64,000 bases of DNA, taken from NCBI GenBank assembly GCA_016219225.1, contig JACRBX010000202.1, positions 741 through 64,740 on the forward strand. The letters are read 5' to 3'. A model generated the notes under the pieces. It was given only the letters and a program-made list of their open reading frames with translations. It was not told the DNA's origin and ran no database searches. Positions 46,982 through 56,495 of the stretch are shown here, in pieces. Made by a program: the position numbers and the translations under genes. Position 1 is the first letter of the stretch, and each line of letters starts with the position of its first letter. Origin of the DNA: Deltaproteobacteria bacterium (lineage in GTDB: Bacteria > Desulfobacterota > RBG-13-43-22).

Positions 46982-48187
46982 ATGATCGCTGACCTTTTAA
47001 AAACCTTACAAACTCAAATTGAAAAAGTATCCCGGATGGATTTTTATAAAAGGAAACTCGATCAGGCCGGTGTAACGGCGAATTCGATTCAGAGCATTGA
47101 TGATTTTAATAGGATCCCCTTTACTTCCGGTCATGAGATCCTGGAAGAACTTAATAAAAAGCCCTCCGAGTGTTCTTTGTTCACTCCGGCGGTAACCCGG
47201 GTTAATCTTTCCCCTTCGGGACAGGACCTGTTTCCGGTTTACAACACCAACCAGGATCTCCAAAAGATGCACGAAGTCGCTGCCCGGGCCTATGAGGCGG
47301 CCGGCGTGACTCCGGATGATATCTGTGCCGTCACCTTTGGCTATCACCTGTTTATCGCCGGACTTTATTATCAGAGCCAGCTTGAATATTACGGGGCCAA
47401 GGTCATCCCCCTCGGTCCGGGAGAATCGGAAAGGGCCGTGGAAGTCATCAATAAATACCAGGTGACGGTTTTAATCTCCAATCCCACCTTTGCCATGAAG
47501 CTGGCCGCCAAGGGAATCCCCAGTGTGCGCATCCTTTTTGTCGGCGGGGAACCTTTTACTTCGGTGGAGGGCTATCCCGAAAAAGTCCGGGCGGCCTTCG
47601 GCCGGAAAATCGGGATGATCGATTCTTATGGGATGGCCTTATGTTCGCCTATTGCCCGGAGCTGCCGGTTTGAAAAAGGAATGCACCTTCTGGATGATTT
47701 CATCTATGCCGAGGTGATTGATCCTTTGACCGGAGCCCCCGTGCCTTTGGGTGAAAAAGGGGAACTGGTTTTGACCCATCTCCATAAGGAGGCCTCTCCG
47801 TTGCTGCGCTACCGGACCGGTGATTTAACTTATATGATCGAAGAAAAGTGTCCCTGCGGAAGATCCTTCACCCTGCCCAAAGGGATTATAGGCCGGACCG
47901 ATGAAATGCTTAAGATCAAAGGAGTCAAGTTCTGGCCCTCCCAGATCGGGGCCATTCTTCAAAGTGTGGCCGGGGCCGGAAAAAAATACCGGGTAGTGGT
48001 CCGGAATCCCCAGGGGGTGGATACCATTTCTTTAATGATCGAGGGCACGGAGGGGTCAGTGGATCTGGAGGAATTGGCCCGCCGACTGAAAAGGGAAACC
48101 CTCCTGGCCTTTAACGAAATACTTCTTATAGATCATTTTGATCAGGGCCCTGTTGTCGAGGACCAACGACAGGGGAGGACTTTTTGA
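46982..48187 (+). CDS. Phenylacetate-CoA ligase (PaaK)-like protein with a degenerate P-loop
   Basis: GELVLTHL.KEA.PLLRYRTGD, CPCGR, GRTDEMLKIKGVKFWPSQI; the SSGTTG motif is replaced by LSPSGQD. Confidence 0.85.
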   Translation: MIADLLKTLQTQIEKVSRMDFYKRKLDQAGVTANSIQSIDDFNRIPFTSGHEILEELNKKPSECSLFTPAVTRVNLSPSGQDLFPVYNTNQDLQKMHEVAARAYEAAGVTPDDICAVTFGYHLFIAGLYYQSQLEYYGAKVIPLGPGESERAVEVINKYQVTVLISNPTFAMKLAAKGIPSVRILFVGGEPFTSVEGYPEKVRAAFGRKIGMIDSYGMALCSPIARSCRFEKGMHLLDDFIYAEVIDPLTGAPVPLGEKGELVLTHLHKEASPLLRYRTGDLTYMIEEKCPCGRSFTLPKGIIGRTDEMLKIKGVKFWPSQIGAILQSVAGAGKKYRVVVRNPQGVDTISLMIEGTEGSVDLEELARRLKRETLLAFNEILLIDHFDQGPVVEDQRQGRTF

Positions 48188-49284
48188 TGGCTGAACTACG
48201 ATTGATCCAATCGGATTATACCTATGCCGACTTTTCGACCAGCCTTTCCCCGGCCATCGAACTGGCCCTGGAACAGAGGAAGGCGCCCAATACGGTGGTG
48301 CTGGACATTTTCCGGGCAGGGAGTTTTACCATCGGGGTCCTGGAAGACCCGGAAAAATCTCTGGACCTGGATTACTGCCGGCAGGAAAATATTACCGTTC
48401 GAAGACGCCAAAATCCCGGAGGGGCTATATGGGGCCCGGACGGAAGTGCTTTTATTGTCTATTATCTGGATACGAAAGACCCTGCGGTGCCGATGAAATC
48501 GGTGAAGGAGGCTTTCCAAAAGGGCCTGACGGATCTGGCTGAGGTGATCAGCGCCATGTTTAACATCCCGGCGGCTTACCGGCCTTTGAATGATATCGAG
48601 GTGGAGGGGAGAAAACTTGTGCCTACCTCGGCCAGGCTGGAGAAGCGCATCCTGACCTTACGTTTGCTGATCAATCTGGTTCCCACCGACAGGGATATTC
48701 TGAACAGGGCCATAAAAGTGGCCCCGGAAAAGATTCAGGACAAGAAAATCAAAGAAGTGGGAGCCCGGTTTACCTGTTTGGAAGCGGAAATAGGCAGAAA
48801 GATCATCTCTGACGAAATCAAGGAACTTATGGAAAAGGTCATTCAAAAAACCTTCGGCCAAGCCATAAACCTGAAGCCGGGTGTTTTAACCGATCTCGAA
48901 AAACGATATGAAGCGGAGTACCAACAAAAATTTACTTCAGAGGAATGGTTTTATGCCAATTCGGAAATATTCCGTTTTCAGAACAAGCCTGCCGGGGCTA
49001 TAATAACCGAGGGACGCCACAAGGCCCCGGCCGGGTTGATACGGGTGACTATCCTGGTTTACCGGGATAAAATGATGGATCTTATTATTACCGGTGATTT
49101 CCATCCTTCGCCTTTGCAGGTGATTCAGGACATGGAACAGGCCCTGAAGGGCAAAGCCTGCAAAATGGATTTGATCCGATCGGAATTAACCGCCATCTTG
49201 GACAGTCCGGAGGTTGAGATTCCTGGGACGACGGTGGAAGATTTTCTGGTGGCCTTTAAAAAAGCATTAACCTGGGAACATTGA
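48187..49284 (+). CDS. Lipoate-protein ligase A-like protein (catalytic plus C-terminal domain), divergent
   Basis: VRRRQNPGGAIW, RPLNDIEVEGRKL, HKAPAGLIRV, IITGDF; TGATG overlap with the upstream gene, GGAGG RBS. Confidence 0.85.
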   Translation: MAELRLIQSDYTYADFSTSLSPAIELALEQRKAPNTVVLDIFRAGSFTIGVLEDPEKSLDLDYCRQENITVRRRQNPGGAIWGPDGSAFIVYYLDTKDPAVPMKSVKEAFQKGLTDLAEVISAMFNIPAAYRPLNDIEVEGRKLVPTSARLEKRILTLRLLINLVPTDRDILNRAIKVAPEKIQDKKIKEVGARFTCLEAEIGRKIISDEIKELMEKVIQKTFGQAINLKPGVLTDLEKRYEAEYQQKFTSEEWFYANSEIFRFQNKPAGAIITEGRHKAPAGLIRVTILVYRDKMMDLIITGDFHPSPLQVIQDMEQALKGKACKMDLIRSELTAILDSPEVEIPGTTVEDFLVAFKKALTWEH

Positions 49285-49331
49285 TTATGGCAAGTTGATT
49301 ATTATGAAATTCTGTATGTGAGGTAAACGCA

Positions 49332-50537
49332 ATGAAAATGCAAGAAAATAATCTGCCCCTGCGAGGGCTGAAAGTCATCGACCTGGCTACGATGATGGCC
49401 GCTCCCTGGGCGGCCGCCTATCTGGGGGATTATGGGGCGGAAGTCATTAAAGTGGAGCATCCTAAAACCGGCGACGGCATGAGAAAATTCGGGGCCTCCA
49501 AGGATGGTAAAGGTGTTTTTTGGAAGTCTTTGTCCAGAAACAAACAATGCATCACCCTGGATGTGAAAAATGGGAAAGAGGTCTTTTTAAAGCTTATACA
49601 GTGGGCTGATGTGCTGATTGAAAATTTCCGGCCCGGAACCATGGAAAAATGGGGCTTGGGCTGGGAGGTGATCCGGGAAGCCAACCCCCGGATCATCTGG
49701 CTCAGGGTTTCCGGGTTTGGACAGGAAGGCCCCTATGCCAGCCGGGGCGGGTTCGGTACCGTGGCCGAGGGGATGTGCGGGTTCGCCGCCCTGAACGGGT
49801 ATCCCGACTCCCCGCCGACGCTGCCTCCTAACGCCCTGGCCGACGGGGTTTGCAGCGCCTTTGCCGCCCTGGCGATCATGATCGCCCTTTATGACCGGGA
49901 TGCCCTGGGCAGTGCCAAGGGACAGATCATCGATATATCCCTTTATGAGCCATTGATGCGGCTTTTGGAAAGCAATGTCATGGAGTATTCGGTACTCGGT
50001 CTGAAATCGCCGAGGATGGGCAGCAGGATCGCCTCGGCGGCACCGCGAAATCTTTACCAGACCAGGGGAGGCCGATGGATCGGTTTATCGGGAAGCGCCC
50101 AGCCTATTGCCGAGAATGTCTTCAGGGCTATCGGCCGCCCGGATCTGATAAAGGACCCGAGATTTTGCGACAACCCCAGCCGGGTTAAACATGTGGAAGA
50201 GCTGGACGCCATTATCGGCGAGTGGATCGGAAGCCATTCTCTGGACGAGGTCATGGAGACCTTCTTAGAGGCCCAGGCGGTGGTCGGTCCGGTCTACGAA
50301 ATGGATCAGATCTTTGAAGATGTCCACTTCAAGGCCAGGGAATCCTTGGTTGAAGTGGAGGATGAAGATTTCGGAACGATTAAAATGCCCAACACCTTCG
50401 CCAAATTTTCCCGCACCCCCGGTGCCGTTCAATTTACCGGCGGCGCTAAAGGGGCGGACAACAAAAAGATCTACTGTGATTTGTTGGGGTTATCCCCTGA
50501 TGAACTACAGAAGCTTCAGGAGGATGGGGTGGTTTAA
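49332..50537 (+). CDS. Family III CoA-transferase (formyl-CoA transferase/citramalate CoA-transferase-like)
   Basis: KVIDLATMMAAP, ENFRPGTMEKWGLG, SGFGQEGPY, NALADGV. Confidence 0.93.
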   Translation: MKMQENNLPLRGLKVIDLATMMAAPWAAAYLGDYGAEVIKVEHPKTGDGMRKFGASKDGKGVFWKSLSRNKQCITLDVKNGKEVFLKLIQWADVLIENFRPGTMEKWGLGWEVIREANPRIIWLRVSGFGQEGPYASRGGFGTVAEGMCGFAALNGYPDSPPTLPPNALADGVCSAFAALAIMIALYDRDALGSAKGQIIDISLYEPLMRLLESNVMEYSVLGLKSPRMGSRIASAAPRNLYQTRGGRWIGLSGSAQPIAENVFRAIGRPDLIKDPRFCDNPSRVKHVEELDAIIGEWIGSHSLDEVMETFLEAQAVVGPVYEMDQIFEDVHFKARESLVEVEDEDFGTIKMPNTFAKFSRTPGAVQFTGGAKGADNKKIYCDLLGLSPDELQKLQEDGVV

Positions 50538-50854
50538 CACGAAAATCGAGTTCGGAGTATTGAGTTCGGAGCAAACCATTTTCATCCTTTTAGATTATAA
50601 AGGGTCATCAGGTTCACCGAAAGGAGCAGGGACATCTCCTGAAGTCCGATGGAGAGGTGTTTTGCCAGAAGGGGTGACGCTCCCTTGGAAAGCCCCTTCC
50701 CTCCCAACTTAACCAAGCCGGGTGGAGTCCGGACAGTTTTCGCTTTCAACCCCAATATCTGTTCCACTTTGATAGTTCCATTTGGCATCCTTCCCCCTAT
50801 CATGAGATTTGTCATTAGATTCTTTACAGAAAAAGGGATAAGCCCCTTCAATGG

Positions 50855-50883
50855 TTGACACTATTTTTTTTTAATATTATAGT
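50855..50883 (+). promoter_or_regulatory. Sigma70 promoter upstream of hisI-hisG
   Basis: TTGACA (50855-50860), 17-bp spacer, TATAGT (50878-50883). Confidence 0.75.
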
Positions 50884-51037
50884 AATCGGTAAAAATTCTC
50901 CCAGAGGATGGGTTTAGTTCGAAAATAGAAAATAAGCCATGAGGGACGAGGCGCGAGGCGCGAGAGGAAAAAGAGCAACAAATACTTCCTCCTGACCTAT
51001 AGCCCATTGCCTATAGCCTATAGCCTCTTATGGACCT

Positions 51038-51078
51038 ATTTTCATGCTTCGTGGTGCCCCGCGGGGCATGAGGGTTTA
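51038..51078. repeat. Inverted family B module abutting the hisI start
   Basis: Near reverse complement of 58660-58698 (AAACCCTCATGCCCC..GGCACCACGAAGCATGAAAAT). Confidence 0.85.
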
Positions 51079-51080
51079 AT

Positions 51081-51464
51081 ATGGAAATGAAACTGAATTT
51101 CGAAAAAGGGCAGGGCCTTCTGCCGGCAATTGCCCAGGATTGGCAAACCGGGCAGGTCCTCATGCTGGCCTATATGAACCGGGAGGCCTGGGACCAAACC
51201 CTGGCAACCCGAAAAGCCCATTACTGGAGCCGATCCCGAAATGAATTGTGGCTTAAAGGGGGGACGTCCGGGCATGTTCAAATGGTCAAGGAAATTTTTA
51301 TCGATTGCGACGGAGATACCATCCTCTTAAAGGTGGAACAATTGGGCGGTGGGGCCTGTCATACCGGGTACAAGAGTTGTTTTTTTCAAAAAGTAGATGA
51401 AAAGGGGACCATAGAAATTGTCGGGGAAAAAGGGTTTGATCCCCGGGAGGTTTATAAAAAGTGA
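51081..51464 (+). CDS. hisI: Phosphoribosyl-AMP cyclohydrolase
   Basis: [47 protein letters not shown]. Confidence 0.97.
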   Translation: MEMKLNFEKGQGLLPAIAQDWQTGQVLMLAYMNREAWDQTLATRKAHYWSRSRNELWLKGGTSGHVQMVKEIFIDCDGDTILLKVEQLGGGACHTGYKSCFFQKVDEKGTIEIVGEKGFDPREVYKK

Positions 51465-52333
51465 ATGTATTAAAGCTAGGCATTCCCAAAGGGAGCCTGC
51501 AAGAGGCGACTATTAACCTTTTTAGAAAGTCGGGCTGGAAGATCAACGTCAACAGTCGGAATTATTTTCCGGAAATCGATGATCCGGAGATCCGGTGTTC
51601 TATTTGCCGGGCACAGGAAATGTCCCGCTATGTGGAAAGCGGCACTATTGATGCCGGTATAACCGGGAAGGATTGGACCCTGGAAAATAACTCCAAGGTA
51701 AAAGTCATCTCGGATCTTTTGTATTCCAAGGTCAGCAGTCGCCCGGCCCTTTGGGTCCTGGCGGTAGCCAGTGATTCCAAGATCAAAAAGATAGAAGATC
51801 TGCGGGGGAAGAAGATCGCCACCGAACTGGTCAATTTTACCCGTCGATATTTTGCCGAAAAGGGCATTCCGGTGCAGGTGGAGTTTTCCTGGGGGGCTAC
51901 CGAGGGGAAGATCATTTCCGGCCTGGCCGATGCCATTGTTGAGGTGACCGAAACCGGCAGTACCATCCGGGCCCATGGTCTGAAGATCATCCATGAATTG
52001 ATGCAATCCAATACCCAGATCATTGCCAATCGGGAATCGTGGAAAGACCCCTGGAAAAAAGATAAAATCAAGCAAATCGTTTTATTATTGCAAGGGGCCT
52101 TACGAGCGGAAAAGATGGTGGGCTTGAAAATGAATGTCCCGGCTGAGAAGCTTGAAGACCTGGTAGCCATCCTGCCCAGTTTGAACGCCCCCACCATCGC
52201 CAATCTCTATAACAGCAACTGGCTGTCGGTGGAGACCGTGGTCGAGGAATCCCAGGTCCGGGAATTGATCCCCGGTTTGATCCGGAGAGGGGCTCAGGGG
52301 ATCATTGAATATTCGTTGAATAAGCTGATATAA
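51461..52333 (+). CDS. hisG: ATP phosphoribosyltransferase (long form)
   Basis: [40 protein letters not shown]-terminal regulatory domain. Confidence 0.97.
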   Translation: MNVLKLGIPKGSLQEATINLFRKSGWKINVNSRNYFPEIDDPEIRCSICRAQEMSRYVESGTIDAGITGKDWTLENNSKVKVISDLLYSKVSSRPALWVLAVASDSKIKKIEDLRGKKIATELVNFTRRYFAEKGIPVQVEFSWGATEGKIISGLADAIVEVTETGSTIRAHGLKIIHELMQSNTQIIANRESWKDPWKKDKIKQIVLLLQGALRAEKMVGLKMNVPAEKLEDLVAILPSLNAPTIANLYNSNWLSVETVVEESQVRELIPGLIRRGAQGIIEYSLNKLI

Positions 52334-52343
52334 GAGACAGACG

Positions 52344-52566
52344 CAAGGTCTAAGGTTCAAGGTGCAAGGTATCAGGGGAGAGACAGTTCGGAGTTTGGAG
52401 TTCGGAGTTCGGAGAAAAAGCAGGAAGTTCTTCAGTGTTTGTTGGAAAGAGATCGAAAATAAAAAAATAAATCAGTTTGTCAGGACAGAAAAAAAAGGAT
52501 GACTAAATTGCAGCCAACTACTCTGGTTTTAGAAAACTCCGAACTCCGAACTCCGAACTCCGAACT
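52344..52566. repeat. AAGGTNN heptamers, GAGTTCG array (52385-52414) and inverted (AACTCCG)4 array (52535-52562)
   Basis: Read directly; the right arm lies inside the predicted 5' end of the TPR gene. Confidence 0.85.
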
Positions 52567-53344
52567 GCCCAATCAGAAGGGCCATCCAGAGGTAAGGACC
52601 CGAAAAACATCAGTGGTGATCCTGATAATCCTCCTGGCTTGTCTGGCCGCCTGTGCCACACCTTCTCAAACCAAGGAGCAGGCTCTGTCCCATTTGCGCC
52701 TGGGGGACTCGATGCTGCAGGAAGGCCGACCCACCCAGGCTTTGGCCGAACTGATCAAGGCCAATGATTTAGACCCCAGCAACCCGGTGATTCGAAATGT
52801 TCTGGGAATCGCTTATCTGGAAAAGGGGATGGTCCGCCAGGCTATTTATCAGTTTGAGAAGGCCCTCTACCTCAATCCCGATTATGTGGAGGTGCATAAT
52901 AACCTGGGCACGGCCCTGCTCCGGGATGGGAGGGTGAAGGAGTCCATCCCGGAGTTTAACAAGGCCCTTGAAGATCCGTTGTACACGACGCCCCATTTTG
53001 TTCAATACAATTTGGGCCAGGCCTACTATGCCCTTCAGGAATATGATAAGGCCCAGGAATACTTCCAGGAGGCGATCAAAAGCTCACCGGGCTACAGCCT
53101 GGCCTATCACGGTTTAGGGTTGACCTTGCAGGCCACCCAACACCTGGATGAGGCGGCAGAGGCCTTTAAAAAGGCTATTGAACATGCACCCCGATATGCC
53201 CGGGCCCATTACGACTTAGGGGAGGTGCTGGTTCAGTTGAATCAACAATCCTTGGCCCGACTGGCTTTTAAAGAAGTGATCGGTTTGGATCCCGAAGGTC
53301 CATTGGGCAAGAAGGCCCAACAGAGATTAAAGGAGATCAAATAA
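52499..53344 (+). CDS. TPR-repeat lipoprotein (PilF/PilW/Tgl-like)
   Basis: Hydrophobic stretch with lipobox LAAC, several TPRs, NNLG..L, ALEDPLYTTP; start position uncertain. Confidence 0.8.
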   Translation: MTKLQPTTLVLENSELRTPNSELPNQKGHPEVRTRKTSVVILIILLACLAACATPSQTKEQALSHLRLGDSMLQEGRPTQALAELIKANDLDPSNPVIRNVLGIAYLEKGMVRQAIYQFEKALYLNPDYVEVHNNLGTALLRDGRVKESIPEFNKALEDPLYTTPHFVQYNLGQAYYALQEYDKAQEYFQEAIKSSPGYSLAYHGLGLTLQATQHLDEAAEAFKKAIEHAPRYARAHYDLGEVLVQLNQQSLARLAFKEVIGLDPEGPLGKKAQQRLKEIK

Positions 53345-53404
53345 CCGACAGCGGCACTTTTTTCGTCATTCCCGAAGAATAAGGTGTTTTAAGGAAAAGA
53401 GAAT

Positions 53405-54592
53405 ATGTCTTCAAACAATGCATTCGAACCGACCGCGGTCTCCAGGCGGGCCCGGGAGATTACTCCGTTTATTGCCATGGATGTCCTGGAAGCCGCTCAG
53501 GCCATGGAGCGGGCCGGAGACCGGATCATCCATCTCGAAGTAGGGGAACCTGATTTCGATACTCCGGACTGTATTAAAGAAGCGGCCATCAAGGCCCTCC
53601 AGGATGGAAAGACTCATTATACCGACAGCCGGGGGATTCTCGAACTCCGGGAAGCCATTTGTGCCTATTATAATCAACGTTACCAGGTTGAGGTTTCCCC
53701 GGATCAGATCATTATCACCTCCGGGACCTCGCCTGCCATGTTTATGGTTTTTTCGGCTTTACTCGAACCAGGACAGGAAGTCATTATTTCTGATCCCCAT
53801 TATGCCTGTTATCCTAATTTTATTCAATTCGCCCAGGGGAAACCGGTTAAGGTTCGGGTCTATGAAGAAGACGGCTTTCAATATTTCCCGGAAGAAATCC
53901 GAAAGCGTATCGGACCGGATACCAAAGGGATTTTTATCAATTCTCCGTCCAATCCCACCGGGACCCTGTTGTCGGCAGACCGGATGAAGGGGTTGGCCCA
54001 ATTCGACCCTTATATTATTTCCGATGAGATTTATCACGGTCTGGTTTATGAAGGCCGGGAACATTCGATCCTTGAATTCACCGATCGGGCCTTTGTGCTG
54101 AACGGTTTTTCTAAACTGTATGCCATGACCGGCTGGCGCTTGGGCTATTTGATCGCCCCCCGTGAATTTATTCGTCCCTTGCAGAAAATTCATCAAAACT
54201 TTTTTATCTCGGCCAATTCCGTGGCCCAATGGGCCGGGATTACCGCCTTGAATCAGGCCCAGGAAGATGTGGCCCGGATGAGGGACCTCTATGACCAGCG
54301 CCGGAAGGTGATCATTAAAAGGCTCAAAGAACTGGGGTTCGGGCTGGCCGTTGAGCCTACCGGGGCTTTTTACGTCCTGGCCAATGCCAAAGCCTTCCAC
54401 TCCGATTCGTATAAATTGGCCTTTGACATCTTAAAAAAAGCCAAAGTTGGAGCCACTCCGGGTATTGATTTTGGGGAGGGTGCCGAAGGCTATCTCCGCT
54501 TCACCTATGCCAATTCCATTGAACGGATCGAAGAGGGGATGGAACGCCTTCAGGCTTATTTAAGCCGGGAAGAATATAAAGAAATTCCATGA
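53405..54592 (+). CDS. PLP-dependent aminotransferase class I/II
   Basis: GEPDFDTP, NSPSNPTG, SDEIY, NGFSKLYAMTGWRLG. Confidence 0.95.
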   Translation: MSSNNAFEPTAVSRRAREITPFIAMDVLEAAQAMERAGDRIIHLEVGEPDFDTPDCIKEAAIKALQDGKTHYTDSRGILELREAICAYYNQRYQVEVSPDQIIITSGTSPAMFMVFSALLEPGQEVIISDPHYACYPNFIQFAQGKPVKVRVYEEDGFQYFPEEIRKRIGPDTKGIFINSPSNPTGTLLSADRMKGLAQFDPYIISDEIYHGLVYEGREHSILEFTDRAFVLNGFSKLYAMTGWRLGYLIAPREFIRPLQKIHQNFFISANSVAQWAGITALNQAQEDVARMRDLYDQRRKVIIKRLKELGFGLAVEPTGAFYVLANAKAFHSDSYKLAFDILKKAKVGATPGIDFGEGAEGYLRFTYANSIERIEEGMERLQAYLSREEYKEIP

Positions 54593-55185
54593 TTATCCAT
54601 TCAGCGGAATTTCTCAGAAGTGGACTGAAGGCCGTTCATTTTCCTCAAACCGGTCTGCCGGAGATTGCCTTTGCCGGTCGTTCCAATGTCGGGAAATCTT
54701 CTTTAATAAACGCCCTCTTAGGGCGAAAATCCCTGGTCCGGACCAGCCGAAGACCGGGTCAAACCCGGTTGTTGAATTTTTTTTTGGTTAATGAGGATTT
54801 TGTTTTAGTAGACTTGCCGGGTTATGGATTTTCCAAGGCTCCCAAGGAAGTCATCCGGAGCTATCAACAAGCCATGTCGGGCTATCTGAAAACGAGAAAG
54901 ACCCTGGTTTCGGTGGTGATTTTGTTGGATATCCGGCGTCTCCCCAGTACTGAAGATAAAGGTTTCCAGCGGCTGGTGCAATCTTGCGGCCTTGATCCTT
55001 TATGGGTTCTGACCAAATCAGACACCGTGGGACGAGGCTCCTGGAAACGGGCCTGGTCAATGATCTCCGAAGAACTGGGCCATCCGGACGGTAAGCCCAT
55101 TTTTTTTTCAGCCAGAACAGGACAGGGCAGAGAAGAAATCTGGGACGAGATTGAGCGGAGGTTGAAGGGCACCGATGAAGCCTGA
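54589..55185 (+). CDS. engB: Ribosome biogenesis GTP-binding protein YihA/YsxC
   Basis: PEIAFAGRSNVGKSSLINAL, PGQTR, DLPGYG, TKSD. Confidence 0.95.
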   Translation: MIIHSAEFLRSGLKAVHFPQTGLPEIAFAGRSNVGKSSLINALLGRKSLVRTSRRPGQTRLLNFFLVNEDFVLVDLPGYGFSKAPKEVIRSYQQAMSGYLKTRKTLVSVVILLDIRRLPSTEDKGFQRLVQSCGLDPLWVLTKSDTVGRGSWKRAWSMISEELGHPDGKPIFFSARTGQGREEIWDEIERRLKGTDEA

Positions 55186-55283
55186 AAAAGCGAATATCGA
55201 AAATCGAATCATGAATGTTGAAGGAGAGTTTCTTTTAAATTCCGAAATCCGAAATCCGAAATTGGAATTTATTTTCGAACTAA
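55186..55283. repeat. Family B repeat (AATATCG/AAATCCG heptamers)
   Basis: Near-identical to about 7830-7931. Confidence 0.85.
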
Positions 55284-55294
55284 AGAAAGGAAAA

Positions 55295-55990
55295 ATGATG
55301 AAACCAAAAAAGAGAATGCAGTTGGTAACCGTTTTAGTGGCAATGACATTTTTTCTGATTTCGACCTTGGCCTTAGCGGCGCCGCCCGATAATTTTACCG
55401 CCAAATTGATGATCATGGGCATGTCCATGCCGATGGCCAAAATGGGTAGCAAGACGAGAATGGAAAATATGATGATAGGTGGGCTGGTAACCATCAGTAT
55501 GATGGATGTCAATAAAAGTATTACCATGAATACCAAAAACAAGACCTATTTTGAAAGTGCTATCAAAGAAAAGGTTCCCTCTCTTTATGATCCCAAGGTG
55601 GTCATTGAAAAAAAGAAGATCGGATCGGAAACCATTGACGGTCATCCCTGTATCAAGTCCGATGCGGTATTTTATCTCAAGGACAAACCCCAGGAAAAAT
55701 TCAACGCCGTACTCTGGGAAGCTCAGGATTTAGGCGGGCTGCCCATCCGAAATGAAATGGTGGTGCCTGAAAGTAAAACCAAGGGCCCCGGCCCGGCAAA
55801 AATCGTAACTGAAATCAAAGACATTAAAGTGGGAGCGGCCAATGCCGGTATGTTTGAAGTCCCCAAAGACTACCAAAAGGTGAGCAGCATGAATGAAGTG
55901 ATGGGCATGGGACAACCAGGAGACATGAAGGGCATGCAGGAAATGATGAAGCAGATGCAAAAGATGAAAAAGATGCCCAAAGAGGAATAG
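55295..55990 (+). CDS. Exported protein, DUF4412-like
   Basis: Signal peptide (ALA-AP), IGSETIDGHPC.K, FEVPKDY; Met-rich C-terminus. The ORF extension back to 55175 is repeat-derived. Confidence 0.75.
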   Translation: MMKPKKRMQLVTVLVAMTFFLISTLALAAPPDNFTAKLMIMGMSMPMAKMGSKTRMENMMIGGLVTISMMDVNKSITMNTKNKTYFESAIKEKVPSLYDPKVVIEKKKIGSETIDGHPCIKSDAVFYLKDKPQEKFNAVLWEAQDLGGLPIRNEMVVPESKTKGPGPAKIVTEIKDIKVGAANAGMFEVPKDYQKVSSMNEVMGMGQPGDMKGMQEMMKQMQKMKKMPKEE

Positions 55991-56389
55991 TTGAGACCAA
56001 AAAAAATTGAAAACCTTGTTTTTTGGGTAACCATGCTGTCTCTTTTCGCGCTGTTTCCGGCATGCAGCAGCGAAAAGGCTTTTCAGGTTGGTCCCGTTGG
56101 GACTAAGATTGAGTCTTTGATCGACAAGGAGACTACCTGGAGAGGTGGGGCAATCGGATCCGCCTTAAGCGGGATTTTGGGGGGCAGAATTTCGGAAATT
56201 GCCCACCGGGCCTCCCGGGAGGCGGCCCGGGATGGGAGACCCGTAGCCTATCAAAGCGGCGATTGCTTTCAACGGGTCGAAGCTTATCCTTTAGGCAAGG
56301 CTTCAACTTCTAAATGCCTTCAAGTCCGGCAGCAGATCTATCAGGACGGGAAATTGCTCCGGGATGAGGTGAAAGAGGTGTGTCAATAG
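55991..56389 (+). CDS. Putative glycine-zipper lipoprotein
   Basis: Hydrophobic N-terminus with Cys (FPAC), WRGGAIGSALSGILGG; TTG start. Confidence 0.65.
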   Translation: MRPKKIENLVFWVTMLSLFALFPACSSEKAFQVGPVGTKIESLIDKETTWRGGAIGSALSGILGGRISEIAHRASREAARDGRPVAYQSGDCFQRVEAYPLGKASTSKCLQVRQQIYQDGKLLRDEVKEVCQ

Positions 56390-56395
56390 GAACTG

Positions 56396-56490
56396 AGTGA
56401 CGGGTGACGAGTGACGCGTGTCGTAAAAAACATTTAAAACCAATGGCTTGCCGGTCTAAAAGATTTTTCTCGTCACCCGTCACCCGTCAC
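56396..56490. repeat. Inverted heptamer arrays (GTGACGG/A)n...(CCGTCAC)n between convergent genes
   Basis: Read directly; could fold as a bidirectional hairpin. Confidence 0.8.
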
Positions 56491-56495
56491 ATTTT

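Noticed and set aside
474-50537. Calling the catabolic region a mobile genomic island
   Set aside because: No integrase, transposase, tRNA or att-like direct repeat is seen, and the same intergenic repeat families occur among the housekeeping genes, which implies long residence.
50612-50660. Glycine riboswitch-like string CACCGAAAGGAGCA
   Set aside because: The upstream GGAGA and downstream CTCTCAGG elements are not in the required order, there is no tandem aptamer, and no suitable downstream gene.
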